A DNA stretch of 64,000 nucleotides from Hydrolagus colliei. Lineage: Eukaryota. The stretch spans positions 122,636,001 through 122,700,000 of the forward strand of contig CM068742.1 in NCBI GenBank assembly GCA_035084275.1, read 5' to 3'. A model generated the notes under the pieces. It was not told the DNA's origin. It searched no databases and was given only the letters and a program-made list of their open reading frames with translations. Positions 49,673 to 62,009 of the stretch are shown one piece after another. Every line of letters starts with the position of its first letter. The first letter of the stretch is position 1. The translations under genes and the position numbers were made by a program.

Positions 49673-50594
49673 GTATGAGTTATTGAAACTTAGATGTTTT
49701 AGATTCATTTGAGCTGTCCCTTGAAGTCATTCCTGTGTTTTATAACCCTTATGTCTGCTTTTCAAATCCAAGGTTTATTATTTTCAGTTAAAATAATATT
49801 AGTAGCTTTGTACAGGTTACACTGTACAACATCATCTACTGGTTAGATTGGGAACTGCAGCACTGCTCAAATCTTATAACATTTAGGCAGTGAAAATTGT
49901 AACTTGTGCTTGTTGGATTTCGAATGACTGGAGATTATCCTCCAGGGAGGGGACGGAAATTAGCGAGATCTCCTTGAAGCTGAACTGGTCTGTCAATGGA
50001 ATATTGTAATTGAATGAACCTTCTGTGGTGATCTCAGTCCAGTCCCTGAGTCCGGTGTGTCTCAGGGTACTGGTGATGACACCACAACAAATCTGTCTCA
50101 TTAGCAGGATTTGGAGTGGCAGACCAGTTATTGGGGCGGAGATTCTTCCCACAACTCATGTTTACCCTGCAAGCCAAAGCCCTTACAGTACAATGGTCCT
50201 TGCTGGACAAGCAGTGGGATAGCTCATTGGCAAACTATACAGCTTTAATTTATTAAACTCCAGCAAGACTTCAATACACATCTGGATACCCCAAGAGTGT
50301 AACCAGCTAATCCCAGATATTTTACCAAGGCAAGCCTTTCACTGCTTGTCCACTCTCTACCTGTTAGGGTTTAAGCTTAAAATACGGCACCTACATCAAC
50401 ATTGTTGTTGTAACTCATTGGCTGGGAACTCTGCTCCAGAAATAGTTTGCATTGGAGCTGAATTCCTGCAAATCAGCATGGTATTCTACCAGTTACTAAG
50501 AGTTCCCATTTGGCAACTTGGATAATTCCTCATTAAGGAATCTCGATAAGATTTAATGGAATTTAGTCTCATAATGGGCCTATGACACATTTAC

Positions 50595-50932
50595 GGGTGG
50601 CTCAGTGGTTAGAGCACTTGTCTTGCAAGCTAGGGAGACCAAGTTGGGGAGACATGTATTCGAATCCAGGCAGGTCAGGGCGAAACCTTGGGCAAGTGTC
50701 CTTACTCCACACGCCTAATAATAATCCCTCCAAAAAAAAAAATAATAATAATTGGTCATTTCAATCCACGACTGTGTGTGGGACACTGCTGCGCGCAATT
50801 GGCTGCCGCGATTCGCCCACAAATATATACAGCCAATTCACTTTACAGTATATTCTGTGAAGCGCTTTGGGACATTGATAAGATGTGGAAAGCGCTATAT
50901 CAAATGCAAGGATTATTATTATTATTATTATT
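50595..50932 (+). mobile_element. Full-length, young-looking tRNA-derived SINE
   Basis: CpG-retaining body GCTGCGCGCAATTGGCTGCCGCGATTCGCCC, a long (ATT)n tail, and two 14-nt units in the head. Confidence 0.9.
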
Positions 50933-51542
50933 AACAGAGGTTCCTGCCTTCAATAAGGGGCAGATTTTGAAAAGCAACATCTTGTGGAATGTCTCAAACC
51001 TTTTTGAAGCTAAGGTTGGAATTCTGTTGCGATCCCCAGAGATTTGCCCTTTGTCGCCTCTTATCACAAGCTGCCACTGATAATGTCATTAATGATATGG
51101 GTTTATGTACACATGTTCTGTTGTATTACAGGGGCTGATTTTGTTTTGGATGACTCCTTTCGCTCTTTGCCCTTTCTGACATAATCAGAACATTGTTCCT
51201 TTGAATTAAAAAAAATGTAAGAAGGCAACAAAAAAACCTAGAGGAAATGCAAAATAATGGGAATTAAGCAAAATAGGTAAACGATCCCACCTTGTAGGTC
51301 AATATCTCAAATGCCAACAGCTCAATCTGGCTGATTGAGGTTCAACTCTGGGGATAAACCTTGAAATGTTATTCATCCCAGCAGTTTCTATACCAACATG
51401 TTATCGCCAAAATATCCAGAACTACACAAAGGATTCAATACAAGTGACTCCTCACATTCTACTAAATCATGTACAGTTTTTACTGTTTTATTGATTTATT
51501 TTAAATGCTTATCTTAATAATCATCAGGTAAAGACTCATAGT

Positions 51543-52588
51543 TAGGGTCCGTCGATATGGAAAATTTCCGATATCGATATATTGGTGTGCTCATATCGAT
51601 ATATATCGATATTTTCGGGGTTTTTATACTGTGCATGCGTGCGCATTTGGGGGTGCACGCGCATTCGGGGCACTGAACTAAAAGACCTGGAATGCTCATC
51701 TCTCCCACAAAGTGTCGCCACCGATTGTCCGAGGTCGCCATTTTGGTTGGTCCTCGATGCGCAGAGAGAGTGTGTGACAGGGGAGAGAGAGGGACAGGGG
51801 AGAGAGAGACAGAGAGGGGGGAGGGAGGGACAGAGAGAGACAGGGACAGGGGAGAGAGGGACAGAGAGAGTGTGACAGGGGAGAGAGGGATGGAGGGGGA
51901 GGGGGCAGGATGTGGATCTGGCTCAGGTGTTGGCCTATCTCCTCACGAGGTAAATATCTCTCTCTCTCTGTGTCTCTCACACTCACTCTCTCCATCTCTC
52001 TCTCTGTCTGTGTCTCTCTGTCTGTGTCTCTCTGTCTGTGTCTCCTCTCTCACATCCCCCCCACTCCCCATCTCTCCATCTATCTATTTTATATACTGTA
52101 TATTATGACATTCCCTCTCTCTCCCCCACCTCTCCCTCTCCCTCTCTCCCCCCCTCTTCCCCTGTCTCTCTCTCTTCCACCCTCTCCCCTTCTATCTCCC
52201 CCTCTCCCCCCACCCCTTGTATACCTGAATATTGTATTCGAGCGGCTTGACGGTAACACCTCGGTTTGTGCATTGTGTATAGAGATGAGCATTCTAGGTC
52301 TTTTAGTTCAGTGATTTGGATGTGCGTGCGCATTCCGATATGTGCGCGCATTCTGTGCTCTAGGCCCAGGAGGTTGCAATGCCGGCGACAAGATGAGCTG
52401 GAAAAGTTTGTATTATACCGATAATACCGATATATCGCCGGAAATGATATACTGATATTTACGATATACCAATTTTTTTTTATATCGCATTTTTCGATAT
52501 ATCAATATATTTTAAATTCCGATATCGGCATATTGATATGAAAAATTATATAGATATAACCAATATATCGATATATTGCTGGACCCTA
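51543..52588 (-). mobile_element. Non-autonomous hAT element (MITE family A), copy 4: longest, opposite orientation
   Basis: Ends TAGGGTCCGTCGATAT / ATATTGCTGGACCCTA; TSD CTCATAGT/CTCGTATT (6/8). Interior blocks are reverse-complement matches to copies 1 and 3. Confidence 0.9.
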
Positions 52589-52875
52589 CTCGTATTGCTG
52601 CCTTCACGTGCGGTAGTGTCTCAGAGTGTTTAGCAATGCTTTAATTTAACACTGAGCTGGTGATAAAGGGATGGGAATCACATAATGTTGCATGTGAGAA
52701 TTGCAGAGCCAGTTACCCAAACCAGAAGCATGCTCACAATTTAATTGCTTGGATTGTTTTCAGTCCCATTTACTTATGTGTGATGCAGTTTGAGACCTTG
52801 CTGTACTGTATGTGTTGTCATTATTATCTGTTTACTCAAGCTATCTGTTTCATGTGCCACTGTTGTGTGCTGCAG

Positions 52876-52984
52876 GAGCTGGGTTTGTCCATGTTACGGG
52901 AAGGTGCCTCCGTCCATAGTTTAAGAGCCGTATTGTGTGTCTTGACGCTTCTGATGTACCAAACTTACATCACTGTAGTCCTCG
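52876..52984 (+). CDS. TTC39B: TTC39B-like, coding exon 10 (ELGLSMLREGASVHSLRAVLCVLTLLMYQTYITVVLG)
   Basis: gctgcag| ... |gtaagg, 109 nt. Homologous to ELGLLQLREGASGRSMRSALC. Confidence 0.96.
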
Positions 52985-53577
52985 GTAAGGTGCATTTTTT
53001 TAAAAAAATCTCTCTTAATCTTTTATTTTATACTGAAAAGTTATTGCATATTTGTTATTGTGCAAAGTCAAAGCTTATCTCCAAACATTCAGGTCTCTTT
53101 TGTTCATTTCATTGGGACATCATGGTAAGTTTCTCCTGACGTAAATGGCACTCTATAAATGTTATTTTGTTGTTCATTGAATTGCAGTAAATTTGTTTGA
53201 GGAAAAGCCAAGGCTGTGCTCTTCTCTGCAAAATAATAAAATGATTTTTCAAAAATATTTGTATTTAATAATCTTCAGAATTTGCATTTATCAGTGCCTC
53301 TCATATGGGGCAGTATCCTGGAGCATGAAGGTCCCAGATTATAATCTCAATTTATGATGAGTTAACTGATGACAGACAGGGTTATACAGTACTATTGTCT
53401 TGAACATTCCTTGTATTAGGGAAAGAAAAATCAGTCAGGGTTTCGGCTCCTGATCTTTGACCAGAGACCCAATTGGAAGGTTCATGTGAATTGGGAGAGG
53501 GCAGGATCAGGTGAAATAATCCCCCCACTTCAAAACTAACACCGACACTCACTCTGAAAGTTCACACATGAATGACC

Positions 53578-53578
53578 T

Positions 53579-53609
<31 letters not shown>
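53578..53609. repeat. (AATC)n microsatellite forming the tail of a minus-strand L2/SINE 3' end
   Basis: About 8 AATC units followed by CTTACATTTATATAGCGCCTTTCACATCG. Confidence 0.85.
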
Positions 53610-53610
<1 letters not shown>

Positions 53611-54917
53611 CTTACATTTATATAGCGCCTTTCACATCGAGCGGATGTCCCAAGGTGCTGTACAGTTAGGTAGGGACAAGAGCAAGGGAGGAGGGGTCGG
53701 GGCAGGACGAAAAAAAGTAGGTAAATTGACTGTATATTTGTGGGCGAAATGCAGCAGCCAAATTGCGCACAGCAGTGTCTCACAAACAGTCATGGAAGTG
53801 GGATTAAGGGAAATGGGGGGGTGGGGGAAAAGATGTCACTTGGTGAGGTATTGGTGAGGAACTGTACTGCAGGAGAAAGCAGGAGAGCCTTGAAGAGAGT
53901 GGAAGGGAGAAAAGTGGGATACAGAAAAATAAAGTTCTGAAGACAAACACTTGGCAACCATTAGAATTGTGGTTATGTGGTTTTGTGCTTTCTTGTTCTT
54001 CAAGAATTATATAGTATTCAGAAGTTGAGCAAGAGACAGCATGCAAAGTGGGAGGTGACTAGATGCAGTTGAAGAGAACAGCTGCAGAGGGGGTGAACAG
54101 AGGATAGATATTTGGGATGGGGGGAGACAAATTGGTAAGGCTTGGGAAAAGAGTGGGGGAGTGTGATTAATTTGGATAGCTCTTCTAAGGAGCCAGGATG
54201 GGCTGAATGGCCTCCTTCTGAGATATAAAATTCTATGTTTCTATAACAACAACAACAACAACAATTTACATTTATAGAGCGCCTTTCACGTCGGGAGGAC
54301 GTTGGGGGAAGTTTCAGTTATTAGGGCCTGAAGGCTTGGCCACATCCTGATGGAACAAATCTGCATTTGGGTAAATCACACTTAAGTATTTGAATACTTA
54401 AAAAGAGGGACCCGCCCGACCTGACCCGCTCTACTATCGGTGGACAGTTTTTCTGCCTCCAAATTCCAGAACTCCATCCTACAGTCCCTTTGCTTTGCTT
54501 CCTCCCTTGCATCCTTCAATGCCGGTGTCAAGACCCTCCTTTTCGATCATGTCTTCTGCCGCCCTTCTGATTCTCTCCCTCTCACTCCCCTCCCCCATGC
54601 CCTGCCCCTTTCCCATGCTCGTATCCCGACCTGACTGTTCAGTGCCTTGGGATGTCCTCCCGATGTGAAAGGCGCTCTATAAATGTTATTTTGTTGTTCT
54701 TGTTGTTGGAATAGAAATGATCCTGTTAATTTGAAAATACAGTATCCCACAACCAGCCTGAAGTGAATGTATCTCTAACATGCCACAAAGGGCTCGGTAA
54801 CATTGTTCAAAGGCTTCTTTTGCTATTTGTCTGACTGAACTTCAAAACATCTGATGATCTAAAAAAGTCAGTTTAGGTGAACAGGGCAAGAAAAATGTTG
54901 AGAAGAAGCATCTCAGA

Positions 54918-55448
54918 TAATAATAATAAATAATCCTTGCATATTGATATAGCGCTTTTCACGTGTTCTAGACCAGCGGTTCTCAATCAGGGGTACATGT
55001 ACCCCAGGGGATACAAAATTACTTCCAGGGGGTACAGGTGGCGGTACATTTATTTATTTAGCTCTCTTATTTAGCATTTTATAGCTTTCCAAATTGTTTA
55101 TTTAATTGTTATTAGATGTGTGTGTATGTGGTTGGATGGGGGGATACGATAATTTTGAAATTAAGAAGGGGCACATTATTGAAAAAGGTTGGGAACCACT
55201 GTTTTAGACGTCTCAAAGCGCTGTATATTTGTGGGTGAAATGTGACCATCAATTGCCCACAGCAATGTCACACAAACAGTCATAGATTGAAATTACCAAT
55301 TTTATTGCTGTCGTTTTTCTTGGAGGGATTATTATTAGGCATGTGGAGTTAGAAAACTTGCTGAAGGTTTCGCCCTGATCTGCCTGGATTCAAACACAGA
55401 TCTCACACTTGTAAGGCAAGTGCTCTAACCACTGAGCTAAAAGACTCC
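54918..55448 (-). mobile_element. tRNA-derived SINE carrying a nested Charlie MITE
   Basis: SINE tail at 54918 and head at ~55448; body split at TTCTAGAC. Confidence 0.85.
54974..55201. mobile_element. hAT-Charlie-type MITE
   Basis: TIRs CAGCGGTTCTCAA / TTGGGAACCACTG. The 8-bp TSD TTCTAGAC/TTTTAGAC fits the Charlie target NTCTAGAN. Confidence 0.9.
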
Positions 55449-56259
55449 AGATACTTGAACAATATCCACTTGGAGTGATTAACTCTCAATGAGAGTGTTG
55501 TCATCCTGCCTTGGTACATACCTCCAAAAGACCGAAAGTCTCTGATGAGCTCACAAGAGGTCCACATAACAAGATAACATGGGGATCAGATAAAGACCGA
55601 AACTGCAGATACTTGCAGAGAAAATCCCTCTATACCGCAAGGAATTGGTATTCAATCAGAATGTAATTGTGAACAGCACGTACTCCTGCAATTCCTGATA
55701 AGGATGTGCTTGAGAGCTGGATGGATGTTTCACAGATTTTGACATATGTGACTCCTAGGCTTTGATAACCTTATTAGATTGCTTGACAGATAGGAAGGCC
55801 TGGATTAGTGCAATTTCCTTCAGCTGAATGTTGGCAAGACTCAAGTTATACTCTTTGGTTCCTATCAATGTCTTCTCCTGCAGGTCAGAACTCCTCAACA
55901 TTCCTGGACTCTCCCTCAGACTCACTGAACCCATTCCCTAGACTCTTTTAAATCCTCCCCCTTCCTCCGCACTTCCAAATCTCACCTAAAGACCTTCCTT
56001 TTTAATCATGTTTATGGTCACCTACCCTCTCCCACTGGCTCAGCGTCAGACTGTCGAGTGCTCCAGGATGTTACCCTGCGTGATAGGGCTAGATCAATGC
56101 AAGTTGTTGTTGTAGGTTCTTAGATAAAGTGAGTGTATTAGCCTATTTTGCAACTCCTCTGGCGTTATTACAAATTATACATTTGACCACTTTGGTATCT
56201 TTATGAGGGAAAATCACTGAATGGTCAAATTTTACTGATCTCTTCAAATCTCTTGACAG

Positions 56260-56327
56260 GTTCTGGCGAAGGCAATCTCGTAGAAGCTGAAGCACTCATT
56301 GAGCCTTACATCGAGAAATACCCCAAT
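56260..56327 (+). CDS. TTC39B: TTC39B-like, coding exon 11 (SGEGNLVEAEALIEPYIEKYPN)
   Basis: ttgacag| ... |gtatgt, 68 nt, phase 1 to 0. Confidence 0.95.
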
Positions 56328-56569
56328 GTATGTTTCTTTTTATTCTTGACTACCTTAAAGTCGCAATGACAAAACAATAAATTTGGAATATTTTGAGGAT
56401 GGAAGCCCAGATATAGCATTTATTAGTGTGAAAGAGGACAACCTGACAATTTAGTGAGCCATCCCATTTAAGGTCATAAACATTCATTTGGAGAAAGTTA
56501 GAGTTCATTTAGGTCTTGGTGTCTGATAGATAATCAGTCAGAAAAGCATCGACCCTCGAATTGAGGGTA

Positions 56570-56880
56570 GAGGTAAAGAAATAGTTAGGTGTTGGTTACA
56601 TACATGTGAAAATGACCCCCCCGTCTCTGTGAATGATATCAGCAAGTGGAAGCATGTAGATGGTAAAAAGAAGAGAACTGAGGTTAGAACCCTGGGAAAC
56701 TCCACGAGTGATGTTTGCCATTGGAAGAGGTGAGTAACACCTGAGATAGGGAAGAGTAAAACCAGGAGAATCTTCAACTGTGGAGGCTAAGCAAGGGGGA
56801 GAAATTGTGGAGAAGGATGGAGTGTTGAAGGTATCCAAAGTTGCAGAGAAGTTCAGGAGAACAAGGAAGCAAAGAGAGCA
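56570..56880 (-). mobile_element. Old L2 RT fragment
   Basis: ITRGVSQGSNLSSLLFTIYMLPLADII on the minus strand. Confidence 0.75.
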
Positions 56881-57316
56881 CTAAATAGAGTTACATAGAG
56901 TAATATGGCACAGAAACATTAAGGCCAACTAGACTGTGCCAGTGCATATATTCCACAAAAGCCACTGGTGTTCCACTGCCCTGTATCACTCTATGACCTG
57001 GTGGCAGATAGCAAATTCTTAAATTATTTAATGGAATTATTTTAAGAATGATTGAAAACGGACTTCAGAGTTAAGATGGAATTCACCAATTTGCCAAATA
57101 ATGCATTCTCTAAAATACTACATAAATAGAATAAATCTAGGCTCACATGGAATTTTTCCCAAGACATTGAATCTTGAAAAATAACAAAAGATTTTTGGGT
57201 AGTAATCATTGCCAAATGTATTGGACACATTTTTTGCATCCAAATGTGAATAAACGTTCAATCGAATGTGTAACTTTGTATTAAATGTTAATTGTGAACT
57301 TTCTGCTCCCTTTTAG

Positions 57317-57376
57317 GGTTCACTTATCTTATTTTATACCGCTCGAATAAGAATACTCAAGGGACAGTTTGAGAGC
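57317..57376 (+). CDS. TTC39B: TTC39B-like, coding exon 12 (GSLILFYTARIRILKGQFES)
   Basis: cttttag| ... |gtaagt, 60 nt. TPR helix homologous to GSLVLFYHARIELLKG. Confidence 0.96.
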
Positions 57377-57520
57377 GTAAGTTTTATGTATTTCATCTGC
57401 CATGAATTGCAAGTAATATTTGTGGCAAGTGTGAGTTTTTTTTTACCAACATTGCACTTGTTAGTTATGGCTCTGGTAGGAATAGGAATTATTCAGCTTC
57501 CACCACTTTACTAGATAATA

Positions 57521-57690
57521 CAGTAAAAGCCCGTTTATCCGGCACCCTCGGGACCCGGTCAATGCCAGTTAAAGCACGTTCCGGATATTCGTCTGAAAAC
57601 ACACAAAAAAGTTTTTAAATGCATTTTTCCGGCTAAATTCCAGTTAATCGAATGCTGACTTTTTTTTGATGTGCCGGTTATACGAAAGTT
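57521..57690. mobile_element. Truncated family B Tigger-like MITE
   Basis: TA followed by the TIR CAGTAAAAGCCCGTTTATCCGG, identical to 8050. The right TIR is missing. Confidence 0.75.
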
Positions 57691-57865
57691 GCATTTTCCA
57701 ACTGCGACAAAGCAAACATACTCCTCCTATCCCCATGTTTCCCATAGGCCCCTGTATTTTCCAACTGCAGTTTTACTAACCGCGGAGGTTTTCAGGAATG
57801 CATCCCCTGTATGTATATACATACAGTATATACATAATGTATTTATATCTTTCCCTGGAATATAG

Positions 57866-58027
57866 GCTCAACAAAAGTTTGAGGAATGCATTGCAGCACA
57901 GCAAGAATGGAAGCAGATTCATCATCTCTGTTACTGGGAGCTGATGTGGAGTTACATCTTTCAGCAGAATTGGCTGAAGGCATATCAGTATGCGGATCTG
58001 CTCTGCAAGGAAAGTCGGTGGTCACAA
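57866..58027 (+). CDS. TTC39B: TTC39B-like, coding exon 13 (AQQKFEECIAAQQEWKQIHHLCYWELMWSYIFQQNWLKAYQYADLLCKESRWSQ)
   Basis: aatatag| ... |gtgagt, 162 nt. Contains the EWKQxHHLCYWELMW signature. Confidence 0.97.
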
Positions 58028-58040
58028 GTGAGTAAACTGC

Positions 58041-58300
58041 TAATAATAATAATCCTTGCATTTGAATATAGCACTTTTCACGTCTTCTAGATGTCTCAAA
58101 GCGCTTCACAGAGTATACTGTAATGTGAATTGACTGTATATTTGTGGGCGAAACGCAGCAGCCATTTGCGCACAGCAGTGTCCCACAAACAGTGGTAGAT
58201 TGAGTGACCAAATTATTATTGTTCTTTTTTATAGGGATTATCAATAGGTGTATGGAGTAAGGAAACTTGCCCAAGGTTTCCCCCTGGCCGGAAATCAATC
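58041..58300 (-). mobile_element. SINE (head truncated) inserted 13 nt after the exon 13 donor
   Basis: (TAA)n tail followed by TCCTTGCATTTGAATATAGCAC.. and the family body. Confidence 0.85.
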
Positions 58301-61300
58301 CCATAAACATAAATGTTCACACACATAATCGATGTCTGTGAGCGTGGTGAATTTGTGGAAGTCCCAACCAAACATATTTGTAATAAACTGTGCAGTTGAT
58401 TTTTTCCCCCTCCCCTCGAGTAAAAGGCAATCTTGAATGAACGGTGGAGGGAATGCTGTTACTAATGGTGAAGAGTGAACGGGCGAGTGGGTCGTTATAT
58501 AACAAAAGGCAATGGATATTAGACGCAAAATACGAACGAGAAAAATAGTAGTGCAACTGCTCAGTACAGTACACCCAAATTATGAATAGTTATTCCTCCT
58601 ATCAAACAAAGCACACAGGGAATGGAGCACCCTGCATATTGCCATACAAATGCATTTGTGAATTCCTGACAACCTTCCACGAGGTACAACTCAATCCATC
58701 AGTACTTGCTGCCAAAATGCCAAACGCTCGCCTCCAAACTGAAATAAATACCAGCTCACAGCTTTGAAATTGTATTACTTTGTACAGCAGATTTACTGTG
58801 GTCATCCTGTGATGTTAGCAAACAGGATTCCCCATGATTCTGGTGGAAGGGTAAATACTAGGTCAGCCCTCTCCTACCCCTCCTCCTTCCCCCACCCCCA
58901 TCCCCATGCTTTCAAGGGTCACAGAACATAACAGAATATAACTTACAGGGTTTCCAGAAACGTTCTCTTCAAGTCTTTGGGGAACTCATTATCGACTAAC
59001 AGACAAGGACATGTTCCTGGTACAATTAAATGAGCTCATTTACAATCTCTTGCCCTATCTCTGGTGATATCTCATAACAGAAAGCACTAAACATATATAT
59101 ATATATATACAACCAAAAAACTTGCATAGCTAACATTTCTAAGGCTTCTATTGATTCATCTTGTCTGGCTGCAGTTAAAATACATGTATGTATTTCAGCT
59201 AACAGTTGTGAGAACTAAAAGGAACAATTATTTGAAAATTATCTTAAACACAGCTCAGTTCAGACTCTACTCATGGTGGGGGAAACTACATCCACAACCG
59301 GGTGCGGATTCGTCGGGTTCAGTATTGAATCGTTTTCAAAGTAAATGTGTTTGTCCCAGTTAATTTGACTTCCCAGCCAGGAACATGGGTTTAGAATCAT
59401 CACTAAGGGTTGTCTCCCAATTGCTCAACCTGGAAATATTATTAGCTCCAAAACAATTCATGCACCTTTCAATGCAACAAAAGATGTGTTGCAGTTCCTG
59501 TCAGTAACTGCTAGCAATGTGGCACCTGAGGCACAGATCACCAGTAGTTTCCTTAAATGCTGAAATGATACACAAAACTATACCTCACCTTCAAACCACC
59601 GAGGAGTGGCCTACAAGTATTCTACCTCGGAACCAATTGCAAGATTGCGCAATCAACTTGAACAGTACAGAAATGAAGGCAACCACAACAGATCCTATTT
59701 ATACAATTGATGCTTATTGAATTGTACAGAACATTAACATCATTAATATTTATTTGAGAATCCCATTATTTTTGATTTGACTGTCAAATTGTTCCTCTGC
59801 ATAGCCATTTACAGTGGGAATTTATCTATGGTAATTACTTTGCATCAAAACATGTAGCCTCTGTTTAATTTGGAGCTATTTAAGTACATACACAGGCTTG
59901 AGGATACATTCAGTTACCTCTCATTAAACCTAGATCCTTCGGTTCTGACTTGGTTCAGTTATCCACTTTGTTCAGGTAGTTTTACTCAGAGTATGTTCAC
60001 CACGTTGCAGTTCCATAAATTAATTGTAGCTTGCAAAGAGTTGTTTTTTAAGTGTCACTTCAAGCAAGGTTTTCTTTTCTTGTTTGAATTCTTTATGTTA
60101 ATTTTGCTGAAGTGCAGAAACAAATCACATCTGTTACAAAGTATGACAACTCTCAATTGGCTCAGGATCACACATTGCTGAATAAAACGTACTCCTATGT
60201 GGATTTTTTTGTTTAATGAAAGCACATATTGTATCTCTTCCTAAAAATCAAGCCTTGGCACCAGAACTCATGTTTTTAAACAAAACTCACTCGTAGATGT
60301 GCAGAATTCTGACATTACAAAGCGTATTTTCTCAGTCCCTTTCTGTTGCTTTTTTGTTTAAATTGGGGAGCATAGTGACATGAAACATGAAAGTAAGCAT
60401 TAGGGAAGAATTAATTTCACTAAAGTTGTTTGTGAACTAAACAGTATTTCAGGTGGGTTTGTGCGGATGTCTGCACAAACAGGTGCTTGTGTGTGTACAT
60501 ATGTGCTTGTGTACATTTTGATGTTTGTGTGTATGTGTGTATCTGCATATACGTTGGTGTGTGTGCCTACGCCAGTATGTGTGTATGTACACAGGTATAT
60601 GTGGCCTTCAGCCACTCTGCCCCCAAACCTCTGGAATTCCACCCCGCAGTCCTTCCACCCCGCAGTCCCTCCACCTCGCCCCCTCCTTAGCCTCCCTCAA
60701 GCCCCGTCTTGAGATCCTCTTCAACCATGCCATCGGTTTTCCCCCCTTCCCCTCCCTTCCCTCCACCCTTCCTGAGCTTGACCCCAGCTCAGTCTGAAAC
60801 ACTGACATTCCCGTGGGATGTCCTCCCAATGTGAAAGGCACTATACAATATATTTTTGTTGCCCTCCACCATCCCTGATCTCGACACCCAGCTTGGATCT
60901 GAAACACTGATTGTCCATTGTCTTGGTAGATTCTTCGGACATGAAAGATGTTGTATCAATGTATTTGTGTTGTAATGTTCATTAACCTTGGGGTACATAA
61001 TTGTGTTCATCTCCCTTGGTTGGAGTATGTTTAGATTGAAATTCCAAATACAGCAATAGAAATTAGATATTAAATAAAGCTCCATCTGCCTGTTCAGTTT
61101 GATGTTGAAGATCCCATCGGACTATTGGAAAAGAGAAAGGAGCTTCTCCCAGTGTCTTGTCCAACAATCCTACAAATAAAGAATTAATTTCATGACTGTT
61201 CATGGGACATCGCTGTGTGCAAACTGGATGCCGTGTTTGTTTATAAAAGTTGCTATACTTTACTAAAATTCTGCGAAGCACTTTGAGATGATGAATGACC

Positions 61301-61917
61301 TAATAATAATAACTACAATATTTCAAAGGAGTAATTTTCAGGGGTAGGAATGGACTACTCTTTCAAAAGATTAGCACTGACACGTTAGGCCAAATGGACA
61401 CTTTCTCTGCTGTATATTTCTATGGTTCTTTCGAAAGTGTATGCAGTTCACAAATAACTGAATATTTTGTAGTTAAGTTGTTGACTATCATAAAAATAGC
61501 ACTGCTTGACAGCCCTAAAATAACTTGATTTAAGTGATGTAATATGCCCATGGCCAATGAGAAGAAATTTTTACTGAGGAGAACAATTGCCCAACACGGT
61601 TCATTGAACAGAGGTTTCCTTTTCTGTATTGAAACGTTTAATTCAAGTCGATTTTTACTTCTGGGACATTGAATGCATCAATTGATGGGACTGTCACAGT
61701 TTTGAGTATCGGAAATTGGTTATTTGGTAATGAAGTTTATTCCCTCACTCTCAATGGTAATCTAAAACTGTCTCACAACTGAGTGTGACAGTTTAATGTA
61801 ATTGGGTGATATGCCAAACTTGGAAACATTCTTAAATCACCAGCTGGAAAAATACAATTGTATATTGATGGGAAGTAGAATGCTGTTGTTGAAATAATTT
61901 TTTGGCATTCGTTTCAG

Positions 61918-62009
61918 GCAATCTACGTGTTCCAAAAAGCTGCCATTCTCAGCATGCTCCCTGAGGAGGATGTGAAAAGGACAGGAGAGGATGTAGAAGC
62001 GCTCTTCAG
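61918..62009 (+). CDS. TTC39B: TTC39B-like, coding exon 14 (AIYVFQKAAILSMLPEEDVKRTGEDVEALFR)
   Basis: gtttcag| ... |gtcagt, 92 nt. Contains the KAAILSMLPEED motif. Confidence 0.96.

Noticed and set aside
49883-50152. 89-aa minus-strand ORF with protein-like composition
   Set aside because: No recognisable motif and no supporting neighbouring exons; cannot be supported without a search.
51582-52351. Overlapping ORFs rich in ER/SL
   Set aside because: (GA)n/(CT)n interior of hAT copy 4.
52660-53139. 159-aa standalone ORF
   Set aside because: It is exon 10 of the TTC39B-like gene read through into flanking intron. The ORFs at 36672-36884 and 49362-49586 are explained the same way.
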